A stretch of DNA of 64,000 nucleotides from an uncultured Sphingomonadaceae bacterium (GCA_947493325.1 CANLQI010000001.1:1129375-1193374), one strand, 5' to 3'; positions 43,047 through 53,327 are shown, numbered from the stretch's first letter. Program-made: numbers and translations. The notes: generated by a model not told the origin, from the sequence alone.

Positions 43047-44371
43047 TCCGCCGCCTCCATGATTTCTTCATTGCCGCCCTGGCGCTCGCGGATGCGGCGT
43101 TCCATTTCGGGGCGGAAGTGATGGATGAGGCCCTGGATCGGCCAGGCCGCAGCGTCGCCAAGCGCGCAGATTGTATGCCCTTCGACCTGCTTTGTTACTT
43201 CATATAAAGTATCAATATCTTCGATTTCGGCATTGCCATCACGCATTTTTTCCATCACACGCCACATCCAGCCCGTGCCTTCGCGGCACGGTGTGCACTG
43301 GCCGCAGCTTTCGTGTTTGTAGAAATAGCTGAGACGGGAAATCGCACGGACGATATCGGTCGATTTATCCATCACAATAACCGCCGCCGTACCTAGGCCG
43401 GAACCGACATCTTTCAGGCCATCAAAGTCCATTGGCGCGGCCATAATCTGTTCCGCAGGAACCAATGGCACTGATGAGCCGCCCGGGATAACTGCCAGCA
43501 GATTGTCCCAGCCACCGGTAATGCCGCCGCAATGCTTTTCGATCATATCGCGGAACGGGATTGACATGGCCTCTTCAAATACAGCCGGTTTTTCAACATG
43601 GCCCGATACCTGAAACAGTTTCGTGCCCTTGTTATTCTCCCGCCCAAAGCTTGCGAACCATGCGCCGCTGCGCCGTATGATGGTGGGCACGACCGCGATG
43701 GATTCCACATTGTTGACCGTAGTCGGACAGCCATAAAGGCCCGCACCGGCGGGAAATGGCGGTTTCAGGCGCGGTTGGCCCTTCTTGCCTTCCAGGCTTT
43801 CGATCATCGCGGTTTCTTCGCCGCAGATATAGGCACCTGCACCGCGGTGTACGAACACGTCGAAATCATAACCGGAGCCAGCGGCATTTTTACCGATCAG
43901 GCCTGCATCATAGGCTTCCGCCACCGCTTTTTCGAGTGCGATGGCCTCGGCAATATATTCACCGCGAATATAGATATAGGCGGCGCGTGCACGCATCGCG
44001 AAACCCGCCACCAGCGCGCCTTCGATCAGCTTGTGCGGGTCGCCGCGCATGATTTCGCGGTCCTTGCATGATCCGGGTTCGGATTCATCGGCATTGATGA
44101 CGAGGAAACTGGGCCGCGGATTTCCGCGCGCATCTTTGGGGGCTTCCTTGGGCATAAAAGACCATTTTAGGCCGGTCGGGAACCCTGCTCCGCCGCGGCC
44201 ACGCAGGCCGGACGCCTTTATTTCCTCAATAATCTTGTCGTTGCCAAGCGCAATCAGGTCCTTGGTATTGTCCCAGTCCCCGCGCGCCTGCGCGGCTTTC
44301 AGGTCAGGTGACTGAAAGCCATAGACGTTTGTAAAGATACGGTCCTTGTCCTGGAGAAAGTCAAAGCTCAT
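43043..44371 (-). CDS. nuoF: NADH-quinone oxidoreductase subunit F
   Basis: FMN/NADH site [12 protein letters not shown] and a 4Fe-4S region ([12 protein letters not shown]). I trimmed the start from 44539 to the ATG at 44371 ([15 protein letters not shown]). Confidence 0.95.
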   Translation of the reverse strand: MSFDFLQDKDRIFTNVYGFQSPDLKAAQARGDWDNTKDLIALGNDKIIEEIKASGLRGRGGAGFPTGLKWSFMPKEAPKDARGNPRPSFLVINADESEPGSCKDREIMRGDPHKLIEGALVAGFAMRARAAYIYIRGEYIAEAIALEKAVAEAYDAGLIGKNAAGSGYDFDVFVHRGAGAYICGEETAMIESLEGKKGQPRLKPPFPAGAGLYGCPTTVNNVESIAVVPTIIRRSGAWFASFGRENNKGTKLFQVSGHVEKPAVFEEAMSIPFRDMIEKHCGGITGGWDNLLAVIPGGSSVPLVPAEQIMAAPMDFDGLKDVGSGLGTAAVIVMDKSTDIVRAISRLSYFYKHESCGQCTPCREGTGWMWRVMEKMRDGNAEIEDIDTLYEVTKQVEGHTICALGDAAAWPIQGLIHHFRPEMERRIRERQGGNEEIMEAAE

Positions 44372-44523
44372 AAGGTACCTCCGCCCATGGTGAACCAGAG
44401 CGCCGCGGCAATTGCGATGGCCGCGATAATGCCCACGGTTTTCAAGATGCCGGTCAGCACCTTGAACGCGATAAACAGCAGGATAAGGCCGATAATGACC
44501 GGCAGTAGCGATTCCATCACCAT
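44368..44523 (-). CDS. Micro-ORF (51 aa, or 49 from the ATG at 44517) encoding a two-TM membrane peptide between nuoE and nuoF
   Basis: [51 protein letters not shown]. The ATG overlaps the nuoE TGA, the TGA overlaps the nuoF ATG (ATGA), and GGGGGGA lies upstream. Too short for the ORF track. Confidence 0.6.
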   Translation of the reverse strand: MVMESLLPVIIGLILLFIAFKVLTGILKTVGIIAAIAIAAALWFTMGGGTL

Positions 44524-45182
44524 TCCCCCCGGTAATCATGGTTTGTATCGACCATTTCCTTGAGCACCACAGGCCCGCCTTCGGGCTCGCTGGTCTTGCG
44601 GCCCGTCTGCGATCCCGGTGTCACCTCACGGCCTGCGGCCAGATTTTCCAGGATTTTGGTGGTGATGTCATAGTCCAGATCCTCGAAATTATCGTCATTG
44701 ATCTGCACCATCGGCGCGTTGGAGCAATTACCCATGCACTCGACTTCGGTGAGCGTAAATAGCCCGTCGGGCGTGGTTTTGCCCTTAACCATCCCCTTGT
44801 TCTTGCACGCCGCCATGACGTCATCGGACCCGCGCAGCATGCACGGCGTGGTGCCGCACACCTGCACATGATATTTGCCCACGGGCGCAAGGTTGTACAT
44901 GGTGTAGAAGCTCGCGACCTCATAGGCGCGCATATAGGGCATATCGAGATAGGCCGCGACATATTCGATCACCGGCACGGGCAGCCAGCCCTGCGTATCG
45001 GTATCCGTCCCCACCTGACGCTGCGCCAGGTCAAGCAACGGCATCACGGCGCTGCGCTGCCGTCCTTCGGGATAGCGTGCCACATATATTTTCGCTTTTT
45101 CATCATTCTCTGGCGTGAAGGCAAAATTGCCCCACTTCGCGCGGACTTCGATTTCGTCGGGGATATTGGGTGTGTCAGCCAT
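44517..45182 (-). CDS. nuoE: NADH-quinone oxidoreductase subunit E
   Basis: 2Fe-2S ligand regions [11 protein letters not shown] and [11 protein letters not shown]. 221 aa. Confidence 0.95.
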   Translation of the reverse strand: MADTPNIPDEIEVRAKWGNFAFTPENDEKAKIYVARYPEGRQRSAVMPLLDLAQRQVGTDTDTQGWLPVPVIEYVAAYLDMPYMRAYEVASFYTMYNLAPVGKYHVQVCGTTPCMLRGSDDVMAACKNKGMVKGKTTPDGLFTLTEVECMGNCSNAPMVQINDDNFEDLDYDITTKILENLAAGREVTPGSQTGRKTSEPEGGPVVLKEMVDTNHDYRGEW

Positions 45183-45357
45183 GAATCAGCCTTTTTTGAA
45201 TGTAACGACCAACATATAATCCGATTATTGCAGCAGAAACCGTCGACAGCACTTCTTTTACGCTGAATGCACCATGGAACGCATATAAATACGCCGCAAC
45301 TCCGGATGCGAATGCGGTGCACGCAAGAATAAAAATAAGAAGTTCGCGAAGTATCAC
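45175..45357 (-). CDS. Small ORF (60 aa) encoding a two-TM membrane peptide between nuoD and nuoE
   Basis: [60 protein letters not shown]. The GTG overlaps the nuoD TGA (GTGA), with GGGGAG-N8 upstream. The stop lies 5 nt past the nuoE ATG. Confidence 0.55.
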   Translation of the reverse strand: MILRELLIFILACTAFASGVAAYLYAFHGAFSVKEVLSTVSAAIIGLYVGRYIQKRLIHG

Positions 45358-46586
45358 CGGTCGCACTCCCCGAATACCACGTCGATCGCGCCCAAAATAG
45401 CTGTAGCATCTGGCAGCATATGGCCTTTGCACATAAAATCCATGGCCTGCAGGTGACTAAATGCCGTGGGGCGTATCTTGCAGCGATAGGGCTTGTTGCT
45501 GCCATCGCTGACCAAATAGACGCCAAATTCGCCTTTAGGGCTTTCGGTGGCGACATAGACTTCGCCTGCCGGGACATGGAAGCCTTCTGTGTAGAGCTTG
45601 AAATGGTGGATGAGTGCTTCCATCGACTGCTTCATCTCGCTGCGCTTGGGCGGAACGACTTTACGGTCGGTTGAGGCAATCGGACCTTCGGGCATTTCGT
45701 TCAGGCACTGGCGCATAATGCGTGCGGATTGATATACTTCCTCCACACGGACCATGAAGCGGTCGTAACAATCGCCTTTTGTACCCACCGGAATATCAAA
45801 TTCCATCCGGTCATAGACATCATAGGGCTGTGATTTGCGCAGATCCCACGCGATGCCCGCACCGCGAATCATCGGACCGGAAAAGCCCCATTTGACGGCA
45901 TCGTCCTTGCTGACGGTGGCGATATCGACATTGCGCTGTTTGAAAATGCGGTTGTCCACGACCAGGCTCATCGCATCGGCGAACTGTTTCGGGAATGTGT
46001 CGAGCCAGTCGGCGAGATCGGTGAGCAGTTTCAACGGTACATCCTGATGCACACCGCCGGGACGGAACCAGGCACTGTGCATACGTGCACCCGATGCGCG
46101 TTCAAAGAAATTCAGGCAATCCTCGCGGATTTCAAACACCCACAGATTCGGCGTCATTGCGCCCACATCCATGACGTGCGCACCGATATTGAGCATATGG
46201 TTGCAGATACGTGTCAATTCGGCGAACAGCACGCGCAGATACTGCGCACGTAGCGGCACTTCGAGATCAAGCAGTTTCTCAATCGCCAGCACATAGCTAT
46301 ATTCCTGCGCCAGCGGAGAGCAGTAATCGAGCCGGTCAAAATAGGGTAAAGCCTGTAGATACGTCTTATGTTCGATCAGTTTTTCGGTGCCGCGGTGGAG
46401 CAGGCCGACATGCGGATCGATGCGTTCGATAATCTCGCCGTCCAGCTCCATTACCATGCGCAGAACGCCGTGCGCCGCCGGGTGCTGCGGGCCGAAATTG
46501 ATCGTGTAATTCTGAATTTCCGTATCACCGACAGTTGGATCAGCGGCATCGGTTTCACCCAGCGTTTCTTCGAGATAATCAGCCAT
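45354..46586 (-). CDS. nuoD: NADH-quinone oxidoreductase subunit D
   Basis: [13 protein letters not shown] motif. 410 aa. Confidence 0.96.
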   Translation of the reverse strand: MADYLEETLGETDAADPTVGDTEIQNYTINFGPQHPAAHGVLRMVMELDGEIIERIDPHVGLLHRGTEKLIEHKTYLQALPYFDRLDYCSPLAQEYSYVLAIEKLLDLEVPLRAQYLRVLFAELTRICNHMLNIGAHVMDVGAMTPNLWVFEIREDCLNFFERASGARMHSAWFRPGGVHQDVPLKLLTDLADWLDTFPKQFADAMSLVVDNRIFKQRNVDIATVSKDDAVKWGFSGPMIRGAGIAWDLRKSQPYDVYDRMEFDIPVGTKGDCYDRFMVRVEEVYQSARIMRQCLNEMPEGPIASTDRKVVPPKRSEMKQSMEALIHHFKLYTEGFHVPAGEVYVATESPKGEFGVYLVSDGSNKPYRCKIRPTAFSHLQAMDFMCKGHMLPDATAILGAIDVVFGECDR

Positions 46587-47524
46587 TATGCTTTACCTCC
46601 ATCTTTTTTCTTTGCCGCTTTTTTAGGGGCCGCCTTCTTGGCAGGCGCTTTTTTGGGAACCGCTTTCTTTGCGCCCGCCTTGCTCACCTTGGCTTTTGCT
46701 GTGCGCGGTTTTTTAGCGCCAGCACCTTTTTTGGCCGTACCGGATTTGGTACGCTTGGGTGCGGGCTTTTTGACCTTGCTGTCATCCTGCGCCGGACTGC
46801 CTTCGGTTTCTCTTTCAGCCGCGGCCTTATTGGTTTTTTTGCCTGCGCCCGTGTCAGCAGGTTTTTCCGTGGTTTTCGGTTTATCTACGCTCGGCGCCTC
46901 GGCATCCGCCTTTTCATCGCCAGGCAGCACATAATCTGCCCCCTCCCATGGTGACATAAAATCAAAACTGCGAAAATCCTGCGCCAGTTTTACCGGTTCA
47001 TAGATAACACGCTTATGCTCTTCGCTATACCGCATTTCGACATGCCCCGTGAGCGGAAAATCCTTGCGGAAGGGATGGCCGCGAAAGCCATAATCGGTGA
47101 GAATACGGCGCAGGTCGGGATTGCCTGCAAAAAGAACACCGTAAAGGTCGTAGACCTCACGTTCCAGCCACCCGGCAACCGGCCACAGATGTGTCACAGT
47201 GGGCACCGGCGTGTCTTCGTCTGTGCTCACCTTGACCCGAACACGGTGGTTTTTGGTGAGGCTGAGCAAGTGATAACACACCTCAAACCGCTCGGAGCGA
47301 TCAGGATAATCAACACCGGCAATTTCCATAAGCTGCTGATATTCATGGTCATCACACAAAAGCTGCAGCGCATCTGCAATGCTGCCGCGCTGCACGGTAA
47401 AGCTGATCTCACCATGCGCCTCAACCGTATCAATCAGCATTGCACCCAATGCCGCGCCCAGCTGCGCCGCAACACCGTAATTGCTTGCTATTTTCGGAGC
47501 CGAATGTGCCATGTTACCGTTCAA
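46586..47524 (-). CDS. nuoC: NADH-quinone oxidoreductase subunit C, with a C-terminal Lys/Ala/Pro-rich extension of about 105 aa
   Basis: The NuoC core ends near ...[15 protein letters not shown]. The tail is ...[64 protein letters not shown] start at 47524, or ATG at 47512. Confidence 0.92.
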   Translation of the reverse strand: MNGNMAHSAPKIASNYGVAAQLGAALGAMLIDTVEAHGEISFTVQRGSIADALQLLCDDHEYQQLMEIAGVDYPDRSERFEVCYHLLSLTKNHRVRVKVSTDEDTPVPTVTHLWPVAGWLEREVYDLYGVLFAGNPDLRRILTDYGFRGHPFRKDFPLTGHVEMRYSEEHKRVIYEPVKLAQDFRSFDFMSPWEGADYVLPGDEKADAEAPSVDKPKTTEKPADTGAGKKTNKAAAERETEGSPAQDDSKVKKPAPKRTKSGTAKKGAGAKKPRTAKAKVSKAGAKKAVPKKAPAKKAAPKKAAKKKDGGKA

Positions 47525-48077
47525 TCGTTCCTATCCGGCGGATTTTCCGCTGGAGCTGCATCACACCGTAGAGCAGGGCTTCTGCTGTGGGCGGACATCC
47601 GGGCACATAAATATCAACCGGCACGATCCTGTCGCATCCGCGTACCACCGAATAGCTGTAATGATAATAGCCACCGCCATTGGCACAGCTGCCCATCGAA
47701 ATCACGTATTTCGGCTCCGACATCTGGTCATAAACGCGGCGCAGCGCAGGGGCCATTTTGTTGCACAGTGTACCCGCCACAATCATCACGTCCGACTGAC
47801 GCGGGCTGGCGCGCGGGGCGACGCCGAAACGCTCCATGTCATAGCGCGGCATGTTGACGTGAATCATTTCCACCGCGCAACAGGCAAGACCAAATGTCAT
47901 CCACCACAGCGAACCCGTGCGCGCCCAGGTGAATAAATCTTCAGTGGACGTAACAAGGAAACCCTTGTCATTCACTTCCGCGTTCAGGTCGTTGAAAAAC
48001 GCCTGTTCGGGCGGTGTGCCTTCGGGGGGCATATCCGCCATGGTCGCGGGCTGAATATGTGTTTCATTGTTGCTCAT
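47514..48077 (-). CDS. nuoB: NADH-quinone oxidoreductase subunit B
   Basis: GLACCAVEM and GCPP cluster-N2 motifs. I trimmed the start to the ATG at 48077, just after the nuoA stop. Confidence 0.95.
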   Translation of the reverse strand: MSNNETHIQPATMADMPPEGTPPEQAFFNDLNAEVNDKGFLVTSTEDLFTWARTGSLWWMTFGLACCAVEMIHVNMPRYDMERFGVAPRASPRQSDVMIVAGTLCNKMAPALRRVYDQMSEPKYVISMGSCANGGGYYHYSYSVVRGCDRIVPVDIYVPGCPPTAEALLYGVMQLQRKIRRIGTIER

Positions 48078-48079
48078 GA

Positions 48080-48454
48080 TTATTCCCAATCCAGCGCCCC
48101 CATTTTCCATTCGTAGATAAATCCTACGGTCAGGATAAACAGGAATATCATCATGGCGCTCCATCCCATCCATCCCGTCACGCCCAGCGATACGGCCCAT
48201 GGAAAGAGAAATGCCGCCTCCAGGTCGAATATGATAAACAGGATTGCAACCAGATAAAAACGCACGTCAAACTTGCTGCGGGAATCTTCAAAAGCCGGGA
48301 AGCCGCATTCATATTCCGTCAGCTTATTGACTGTCGGTTGATGCGTGCCGGTAAGCCGGGAAACACCCATCGGCAGAAAAACAAATGCCATGGATAATGC
48401 AAGTGCAATGCCCAGGAAAAGGAGGATTGGCAGATATTGTGAAAGATCGGTCAA
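48080..48454 (-). CDS. nuoA: NADH-quinone oxidoreductase subunit A
   Basis: 124 aa, three TM helices, YECGF motif. TTG start preceded by AGGAAGGAAA. Confidence 0.93.
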   Translation of the reverse strand: MTDLSQYLPILLFLGIALALSMAFVFLPMGVSRLTGTHQPTVNKLTEYECGFPAFEDSRSKFDVRFYLVAILFIIFDLEAAFLFPWAVSLGVTGWMGWSAMMIFLFILTVGFIYEWKMGALDWE

Positions 48455-48548
48455 ATCATTTCCTTCCTGACCCCAAAAGAATCCACACGTAAATCAGCTT
48501 CGCTTCTAAGCATCTAGGTACGTGCAAGCAAGTGTCTGACTGTGTTTT

Positions 48549-49856
48549 TTACGCACAAATGTGTGGCATGTTCTGCAAGTCAATCGCCCGTATTTGTGTT
48601 GGCCGGAGCGACTGCCCCTGCTTCACTGCGCCGCCCTTTTCAAATTTGGGCCATTGGGCGTTGCTGATATAATAGAATTTATCTCCCAAAAGCTCTCCAT
48701 TTGTAGGCTCTTCCCAGGAAGCATGCGCCTTTTCGATAATATGCGCACATTTCACATGGCGGCCGTCATCACTCAGCACAAAATGGGTGATGCGCGCGGG
48801 CGTTTGCCCATTCTGAATGGCTATAAGCATAGCGTCATCACCATATAGGCCATCAATACCATCGATAGCTATGCCTTCTGGTGCCGTAATCTGTTCAACG
48901 CTGCCTGCTCCCAAATCGACACGTGCCAACCCATAGGAATAATCCGAAACAATCAGCGCCTTGCCCTCTCGTGTCATGACCATACCTTGCGGGCTGCGCA
49001 ATATTCCAGGGCGCAGCACTACCGACAGAATGTCACAGCCGGGTGCACATTTATAAATGGCACCATTGCCGGCATCGGCAAGATACACTGTGCCATCACC
49101 TGCGAGCATCAGATCGCCGGGTGACGTTTTCTCCATCTCGGTCGATGGCAGACGATATTTTTCTACGCCGGTCAAAAGGTCATAGCCAATCAATCCGGTA
49201 AAATACGCTTCGCGCTGCGGTGAAGGCCCTACCTTCGCAGCAGCGGCCCATACCAGATTGCGCTGATGGTCGGCGACCAGACCCAGATGGCTCCAACCAT
49301 TATTCATGTCTGCGCGGGTCCATCTTTTGACAGTTCCGCCATCATTTATAAATATACCTCCGCTCACTACCGAAGACAGCAATATGCGGCCATCATCCAT
49401 CATTGCCAGAGCCTCGACAAGCCGGGGCGGTGACTTGATTGTAGCGACAACACGGCTGCGCTCGGCGGTCTTCTCATTAATCTTTACGGCTGCCTGTAAA
49501 GCGGCCAATTCCTCGGCATCCATATGTGCGGCAAGATATTCAAGGACTGGCTGTGACAGTCCTGATCCCAATGCCACCAGCTTTTTGGCATATCGCACGG
49601 CGGCATTATGATCTGATGCGCGATAGGCACGGCTGAAAGCAAAACGCCACATGGCGGCGCTTGCAGGGAAACGTGTGATGCCAATGTCTGCGGCGTTATC
49701 CGCGCTGAAATCGGGACGTTCCGGCCATGACGCTGATGGCATGGCCACGCGTGTTTCCGCAGGCAGATCTGGAACCGATGCGCAGGATGCAAGAAAAAGA
49801 ACAGGCAATGTGCCGAGCAGGCGCGCAAACATGTTCTTTGGCATGTTTTCTGGCAT
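48549..49856 (-). CDS. Lipoprotein with an N-terminal helical region and a C-terminal beta-propeller (SMP-30/gluconolactonase/LRE-like or NHL-like)
   Basis: Lipobox LFLASC after MPENMPKNMFARLLGTLPV. Repeated G-x-h-h-x-D/G-x-h-Y-h-x-D blade-like segments. I trimmed the start to the ATG at 49856 to clear suhB. Confidence 0.65.
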   Translation of the reverse strand: MPENMPKNMFARLLGTLPVLFLASCASVPDLPAETRVAMPSASWPERPDFSADNAADIGITRFPASAAMWRFAFSRAYRASDHNAAVRYAKKLVALGSGLSQPVLEYLAAHMDAEELAALQAAVKINEKTAERSRVVATIKSPPRLVEALAMMDDGRILLSSVVSGGIFINDGGTVKRWTRADMNNGWSHLGLVADHQRNLVWAAAAKVGPSPQREAYFTGLIGYDLLTGVEKYRLPSTEMEKTSPGDLMLAGDGTVYLADAGNGAIYKCAPGCDILSVVLRPGILRSPQGMVMTREGKALIVSDYSYGLARVDLGAGSVEQITAPEGIAIDGIDGLYGDDAMLIAIQNGQTPARITHFVLSDDGRHVKCAHIIEKAHASWEEPTNGELLGDKFYYISNAQWPKFEKGGAVKQGQSLRPTQIRAIDLQNMPHICA

Positions 49857-49872
49857 GGCCGATTCCTGAATA

Positions 49873-50709
49873 TTATTCCGACTTGGCCTTTGCACGCAAA
49901 GCGCCAGCGATTAATTTGTGCAATTTGGAATGGATCACGTCGTTGGCGGCGATCATTTCCTGATTGTTTATGGGCTGGTTACCGCCGCGATAGTCGGTTA
50001 CAAAACCGCCTGCTTCACGCACCATGAGCACGCCTGCCGCAACATCCCATGGCTGCAAGCCGCTTTCCCAAAAACCGTCATAACGCCCCGCTGCCAGCCA
50101 TGCGAGATCCAGTGAAGCCGCGCCAAAGCGGCGTATCCCGGCAACTTCGGGGCCGACCGCATTGAATATTTTTGACCATTCGTCAAAGTCACCATGGCCG
50201 TTAAAAGGCGCGCCTGTGGCTATCAGTGCTTCATCCATGTAACGGCGTCCCGATACACGCAAACGGCGATCGCCAACCCATGCGCCGCGGTTGGTTTCCG
50301 CCCAGTAACTCTCATCGGTAATGGGTTGATAGATAAGCCCTGAAGTCACATCGCCCCAACCATCACCGGCTTCATTGGGCTGCTGCACCGCAAGCGAAAT
50401 CGCAAAATGCGGAATACCGTGGAGGAAATTCGTTGTGCCGTCCAGCGGATCGATAATCCAGCGCGGTTTGTGCAGGTCACCCTGTATCATGCCCCCTTCT
50501 TCAAGAACAAAGCCCCAGTCAGGCCGCGCTTTCAGCAGTTCATCATAAAGCGTCCGTTCGGCGCGCTGATCTGCTTTGGATACGAAATCTGCAGGTCCCT
50601 TTTTGGAAACCTGTAGATGCTCGACTTCACCGAAGTCGCGGCGCAAACGCTGTCCGGCCTTACGCGCCGCGCGTTCCATAATTGCTATTAATCCGGAATG
50701 GGATGGCAT
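49873..50709 (-). CDS. suhB: Inositol monophosphatase family protein (SuhB-like)
   Basis: WIIDPLDGTTNF and the WDVAAG motif region. Confidence 0.88.
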   Translation of the reverse strand: MPSHSGLIAIMERAARKAGQRLRRDFGEVEHLQVSKKGPADFVSKADQRAERTLYDELLKARPDWGFVLEEGGMIQGDLHKPRWIIDPLDGTTNFLHGIPHFAISLAVQQPNEAGDGWGDVTSGLIYQPITDESYWAETNRGAWVGDRRLRVSGRRYMDEALIATGAPFNGHGDFDEWSKIFNAVGPEVAGIRRFGAASLDLAWLAAGRYDGFWESGLQPWDVAAGVLMVREAGGFVTDYRGGNQPINNQEMIAANDVIHSKLHKLIAGALRAKAKSE

Positions 50710-50766
50710 GTTTTTTCCTATCAGCCTTGTCGGGGCTTGAGAATCATTAGGCCACTGAACAAATTG

Positions 50767-51330
50767 TCAGTCAGCTTTCTTAACGTATTCGCGGGCATAG
50801 ACATCGACCACAATGCGTGTTCCAGCGGAGATATGCGGCGGCACCATGACGCGTACACCATTATCAAGCACAGCGGGTTTATAACTCGAAGAAGCTGTCT
50901 GCCCTTTAATGACGGCGTCGGCTTCGACAATTTCCGCTTCAATCTGATCGGGAAGCTGCACTGAAAGCGGCTTTTCTTCATATAGTTCCAGCGTAACATC
51001 CATGCCATCCTGAAGGAATTCAACCGCGTCCCCCAAAAGGTCCGCCGGAAGCATGATCTGTTCGTAATTTTCCTTATCCATGAAAGTCAGCATATCGCCG
51101 TCGGCGAATAGAAACTGAAAATCCTTGGTATCAAGGCGAACCTTTTCGACAGTATCGGCACTGCGGAAGCGCACATTGGTTTTGCGGCCATCGACCAGGT
51201 TTTTCATCTCGACCTGCATGTAAGCTCCGCCCTTGCCAGGCTGTGTATGCTGAATTTTTGAGACTTTCCAAAGACCGCCCTCATATTCAAGGATATTGCC
51301 CGGACGGATGTCGACACCACTGATTTTCAT
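50767..51330 (-). CDS. efp: Elongation factor P
   Basis: [23 protein letters not shown] ... [18 protein letters not shown] trimmed the start to the ATG at 51330. Confidence 0.95.
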   Translation of the reverse strand: MKISGVDIRPGNILEYEGGLWKVSKIQHTQPGKGGAYMQVEMKNLVDGRKTNVRFRSADTVEKVRLDTKDFQFLFADGDMLTFMDKENYEQIMLPADLLGDAVEFLQDGMDVTLELYEEKPLSVQLPDQIEAEIVEADAVIKGQTASSSYKPAVLDNGVRVMVPPHISAGTRIVVDVYAREYVKKAD

Positions 51331-51576
51331 AAAATATCTCACAAATTAAAAAGAGCCAATACGGCGACAGCCTGCATGAATATTGTGCTGCGCTCTATAG
51401 CCGCAGGCCCACGTTGGCAAGAGGATTAGCGGTGAGATGCTTGCGATACCACGAATAGTCAGCGCCTGCATGAACATAGTGCATGGCCGATCCATCCAAT
51501 TCGCCAGCCAAAAACCATGCGATACAATGGACACAACGATTTTATCAGATCCATTGAGGAAACCGAGAGATTAGTG

Positions 51577-51756
51577 ATGCGTGCAAAAAAAGAAAATCCG
51601 GCCGTTGGCATCTTTGGAAAGCATAGCCGTTTGTATGAAAAATCACGCCAAAAATGCGGTTCTCTGCCAGATGCGAATGAATTTGAGGACGCCTATATAA
51701 ACTATCTGAAACAGATGGCCCGGCAAACAAAAACCAGCAGTGGAGTGATTGCTTAA
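51577..51756 (+). CDS. Possible 59-aa basic protein, unknown function
   Basis: MRAKKENPAVGIFGKHSRLYEKSRQKCGSLPDANEFEDAYINYLKQMARQTKTSSGVIA, with GAGAG upstream. It shares a TTAA stop overlap with the convergent thiE. No homology recognised. Confidence 0.25.
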   Translation: MRAKKENPAVGIFGKHSRLYEKSRQKCGSLPDANEFEDAYINYLKQMARQTKTSSGVIA

Positions 51757-52388
51757 TTGTTTTTTGCAAACAGTTTATGAAAGGCGCGAACAGCTTCGGC
51801 AGGGCCATCTGTATGTTTCCAGATGCCGCCCGACACAGCCAGAAAATCAGCACCCGCCGCAATTAATGGTTGAGCGTTATCCACTGTTATCCCGCCAATT
51901 GCGACACAGGGTATTTCCACAAAATGTGACCACCATGACAGGATTTCAGGTTCTGCCACATGCTCTGTCTCTTTGGTTTTGCTGGGATTAAATGCTCCGA
52001 ATGCAACATAATCCGCCCCCGCCTCACCTGCTTCCAACGCCAGATGACGACTGTTATGACAGGTTATACCAATCTGCACAGCGCGGCCCAAACGTTCGCG
52101 AGCCTCGGCCAATTCACCGTCCCCCTGTCCCAGATGCACACCATCCGCGCCAAGCCGCGCTGCCAGTGCAATATCGTCATTGACGATAAAAGCTGTTTCA
52201 TATTCTGCGCATATGGCCTGCAAGGGTTCGGCAAGTCGCGCCGCTTCATGTTGATCCAGCCCTTTTACGCGAAACTGGAAAGCCGCAACAGGTGCGGCGG
52301 ACAGGGCTTCGCGCAGACGGTCCGGGAAATCACCACCCGTTTCGAGTGGTGATATGATGTAAAGCTGGCAGGCGGGGTCCGCGCTCAT
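51753..52388 (-). CDS. thiE: Thiamine-phosphate synthase
   Basis: 211 aa, TIM-barrel ThiE pattern (FQFRVKG, FIVNDD, DGVHLGQGD, GGI..DN). Confidence 0.9.
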   Translation of the reverse strand: MSADPACQLYIISPLETGGDFPDRLREALSAAPVAAFQFRVKGLDQHEAARLAEPLQAICAEYETAFIVNDDIALAARLGADGVHLGQGDGELAEARERLGRAVQIGITCHNSRHLALEAGEAGADYVAFGAFNPSKTKETEHVAEPEILSWWSHFVEIPCVAIGGITVDNAQPLIAAGADFLAVSGGIWKHTDGPAEAVRAFHKLFAKNN

Positions 52389-52397
52389 ATATGGCCC

Positions 52398-53288
52398 TTA
52401 GGTCGCGGACGCTTCGTAAATCTGGTCAATCGCACCGCCCAGTGAGGCATCAAAGTCGCCGTCGCCCATTTGCTGGCGCAGATCCTGAAGCAGTGCGCGT
52501 GAGAAGCTCGCGATCATGCCGGGATTCTTGGCGAGTTCGCTGCATGCCTCATCACGTTCAAAACCGCCGGAAAGTGCAACCACGCGCGCTACATTTGGAT
52601 GCTCGACAAGTGATGTATACAGGCCCGCCTGTTCTGGAATGGAAAGCTTCAGCATCACCTTGCGATCTTCAGGCAGTGCATCAAGTGCTTTTTTAAGCTC
52701 TTCAAACAGAATTGCATCCGCTGCGCCGCGCTCCGCGCTTTTGATTGATACTTCGGGTTCGATAATCGGCATCAAACCATGGTCCAATATGCGCGATGCT
52801 ACCTCAAACTGCTGCTTCACAATCGCGGCGATTCCCGCCTGTGACGCCAGATTGATGACAGAACGCATTTTCGTGCCAAAAACACCCTTTTCCTTGGCGC
52901 GTTCCAGTAACTCGTCAAGACCCGGCATGGGCTTCATCATTTGCACGCCATCCGCTTCATCTTCCAGACCCTTATCGACTTTCAAAAATGGTACGACGCC
53001 GCGTTCCCACAGCAGCTTTGGTACAGAATTGCCATCCGCCTCGCCATCCATGGTTTTTTCAAAAAGAATCGCGCCGAGCACTTTTTCTCCGTTGAAACAC
53101 GGAGATGTTACGATGCGGCTGCGCATCCCGTGGATGAGTGCAAACATTTCATCATCATTGCTGTAAGCGTCTTCTTCTACGCCATAGCCTTTAAGTGCTT
53201 TCGGTGTGGAGCCGCCGCTCTGATCCAGTGCAGCGATAAAGCCTGTGCCATTTTCGATTTTTTCCATCATTTCGGAATTATGCATCAT
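52398..53288 (-). CDS. Fructose-bisphosphate aldolase, class I
   Basis: 296 aa. GFIAALDQSGGSTPKAL and the LKVDKGL Schiff-base lysine region. Sits in the tkt-gap-pgk-fba cluster. Confidence 0.9.
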   Translation of the reverse strand: MMHNSEMMEKIENGTGFIAALDQSGGSTPKALKGYGVEEDAYSNDDEMFALIHGMRSRIVTSPCFNGEKVLGAILFEKTMDGEADGNSVPKLLWERGVVPFLKVDKGLEDEADGVQMMKPMPGLDELLERAKEKGVFGTKMRSVINLASQAGIAAIVKQQFEVASRILDHGLMPIIEPEVSIKSAERGAADAILFEELKKALDALPEDRKVMLKLSIPEQAGLYTSLVEHPNVARVVALSGGFERDEACSELAKNPGMIASFSRALLQDLRQQMGDGDFDASLGGAIDQIYEASAT

Positions 53289-53327
53289 TATGTCCCTCTT
53301 GAATGATTGGCCATGCTGGCCAGAATA

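Noticed and set aside
44372-44539. 56-residue N-terminal extension of nuoF in the ORF track ([16 protein letters not shown]...).
   Set aside because: The conserved NuoF sequence begins at [13 protein letters not shown] (ATG 44371). The upstream part is better explained by the interlocked 51-aa TM micro-ORF in another frame.
46590-46954. Repetitive-looking DNA, plus plus-strand ORFs 46368-46934 and 46535-46954; considered as a tandem repeat or CRISPR-like array.
   Set aside because: There is no regular repeat-spacer periodicity. It is the coding sequence of the low-complexity AKKA/PKKA tail of NuoC, and the plus-strand ORFs are its mirror artefacts.
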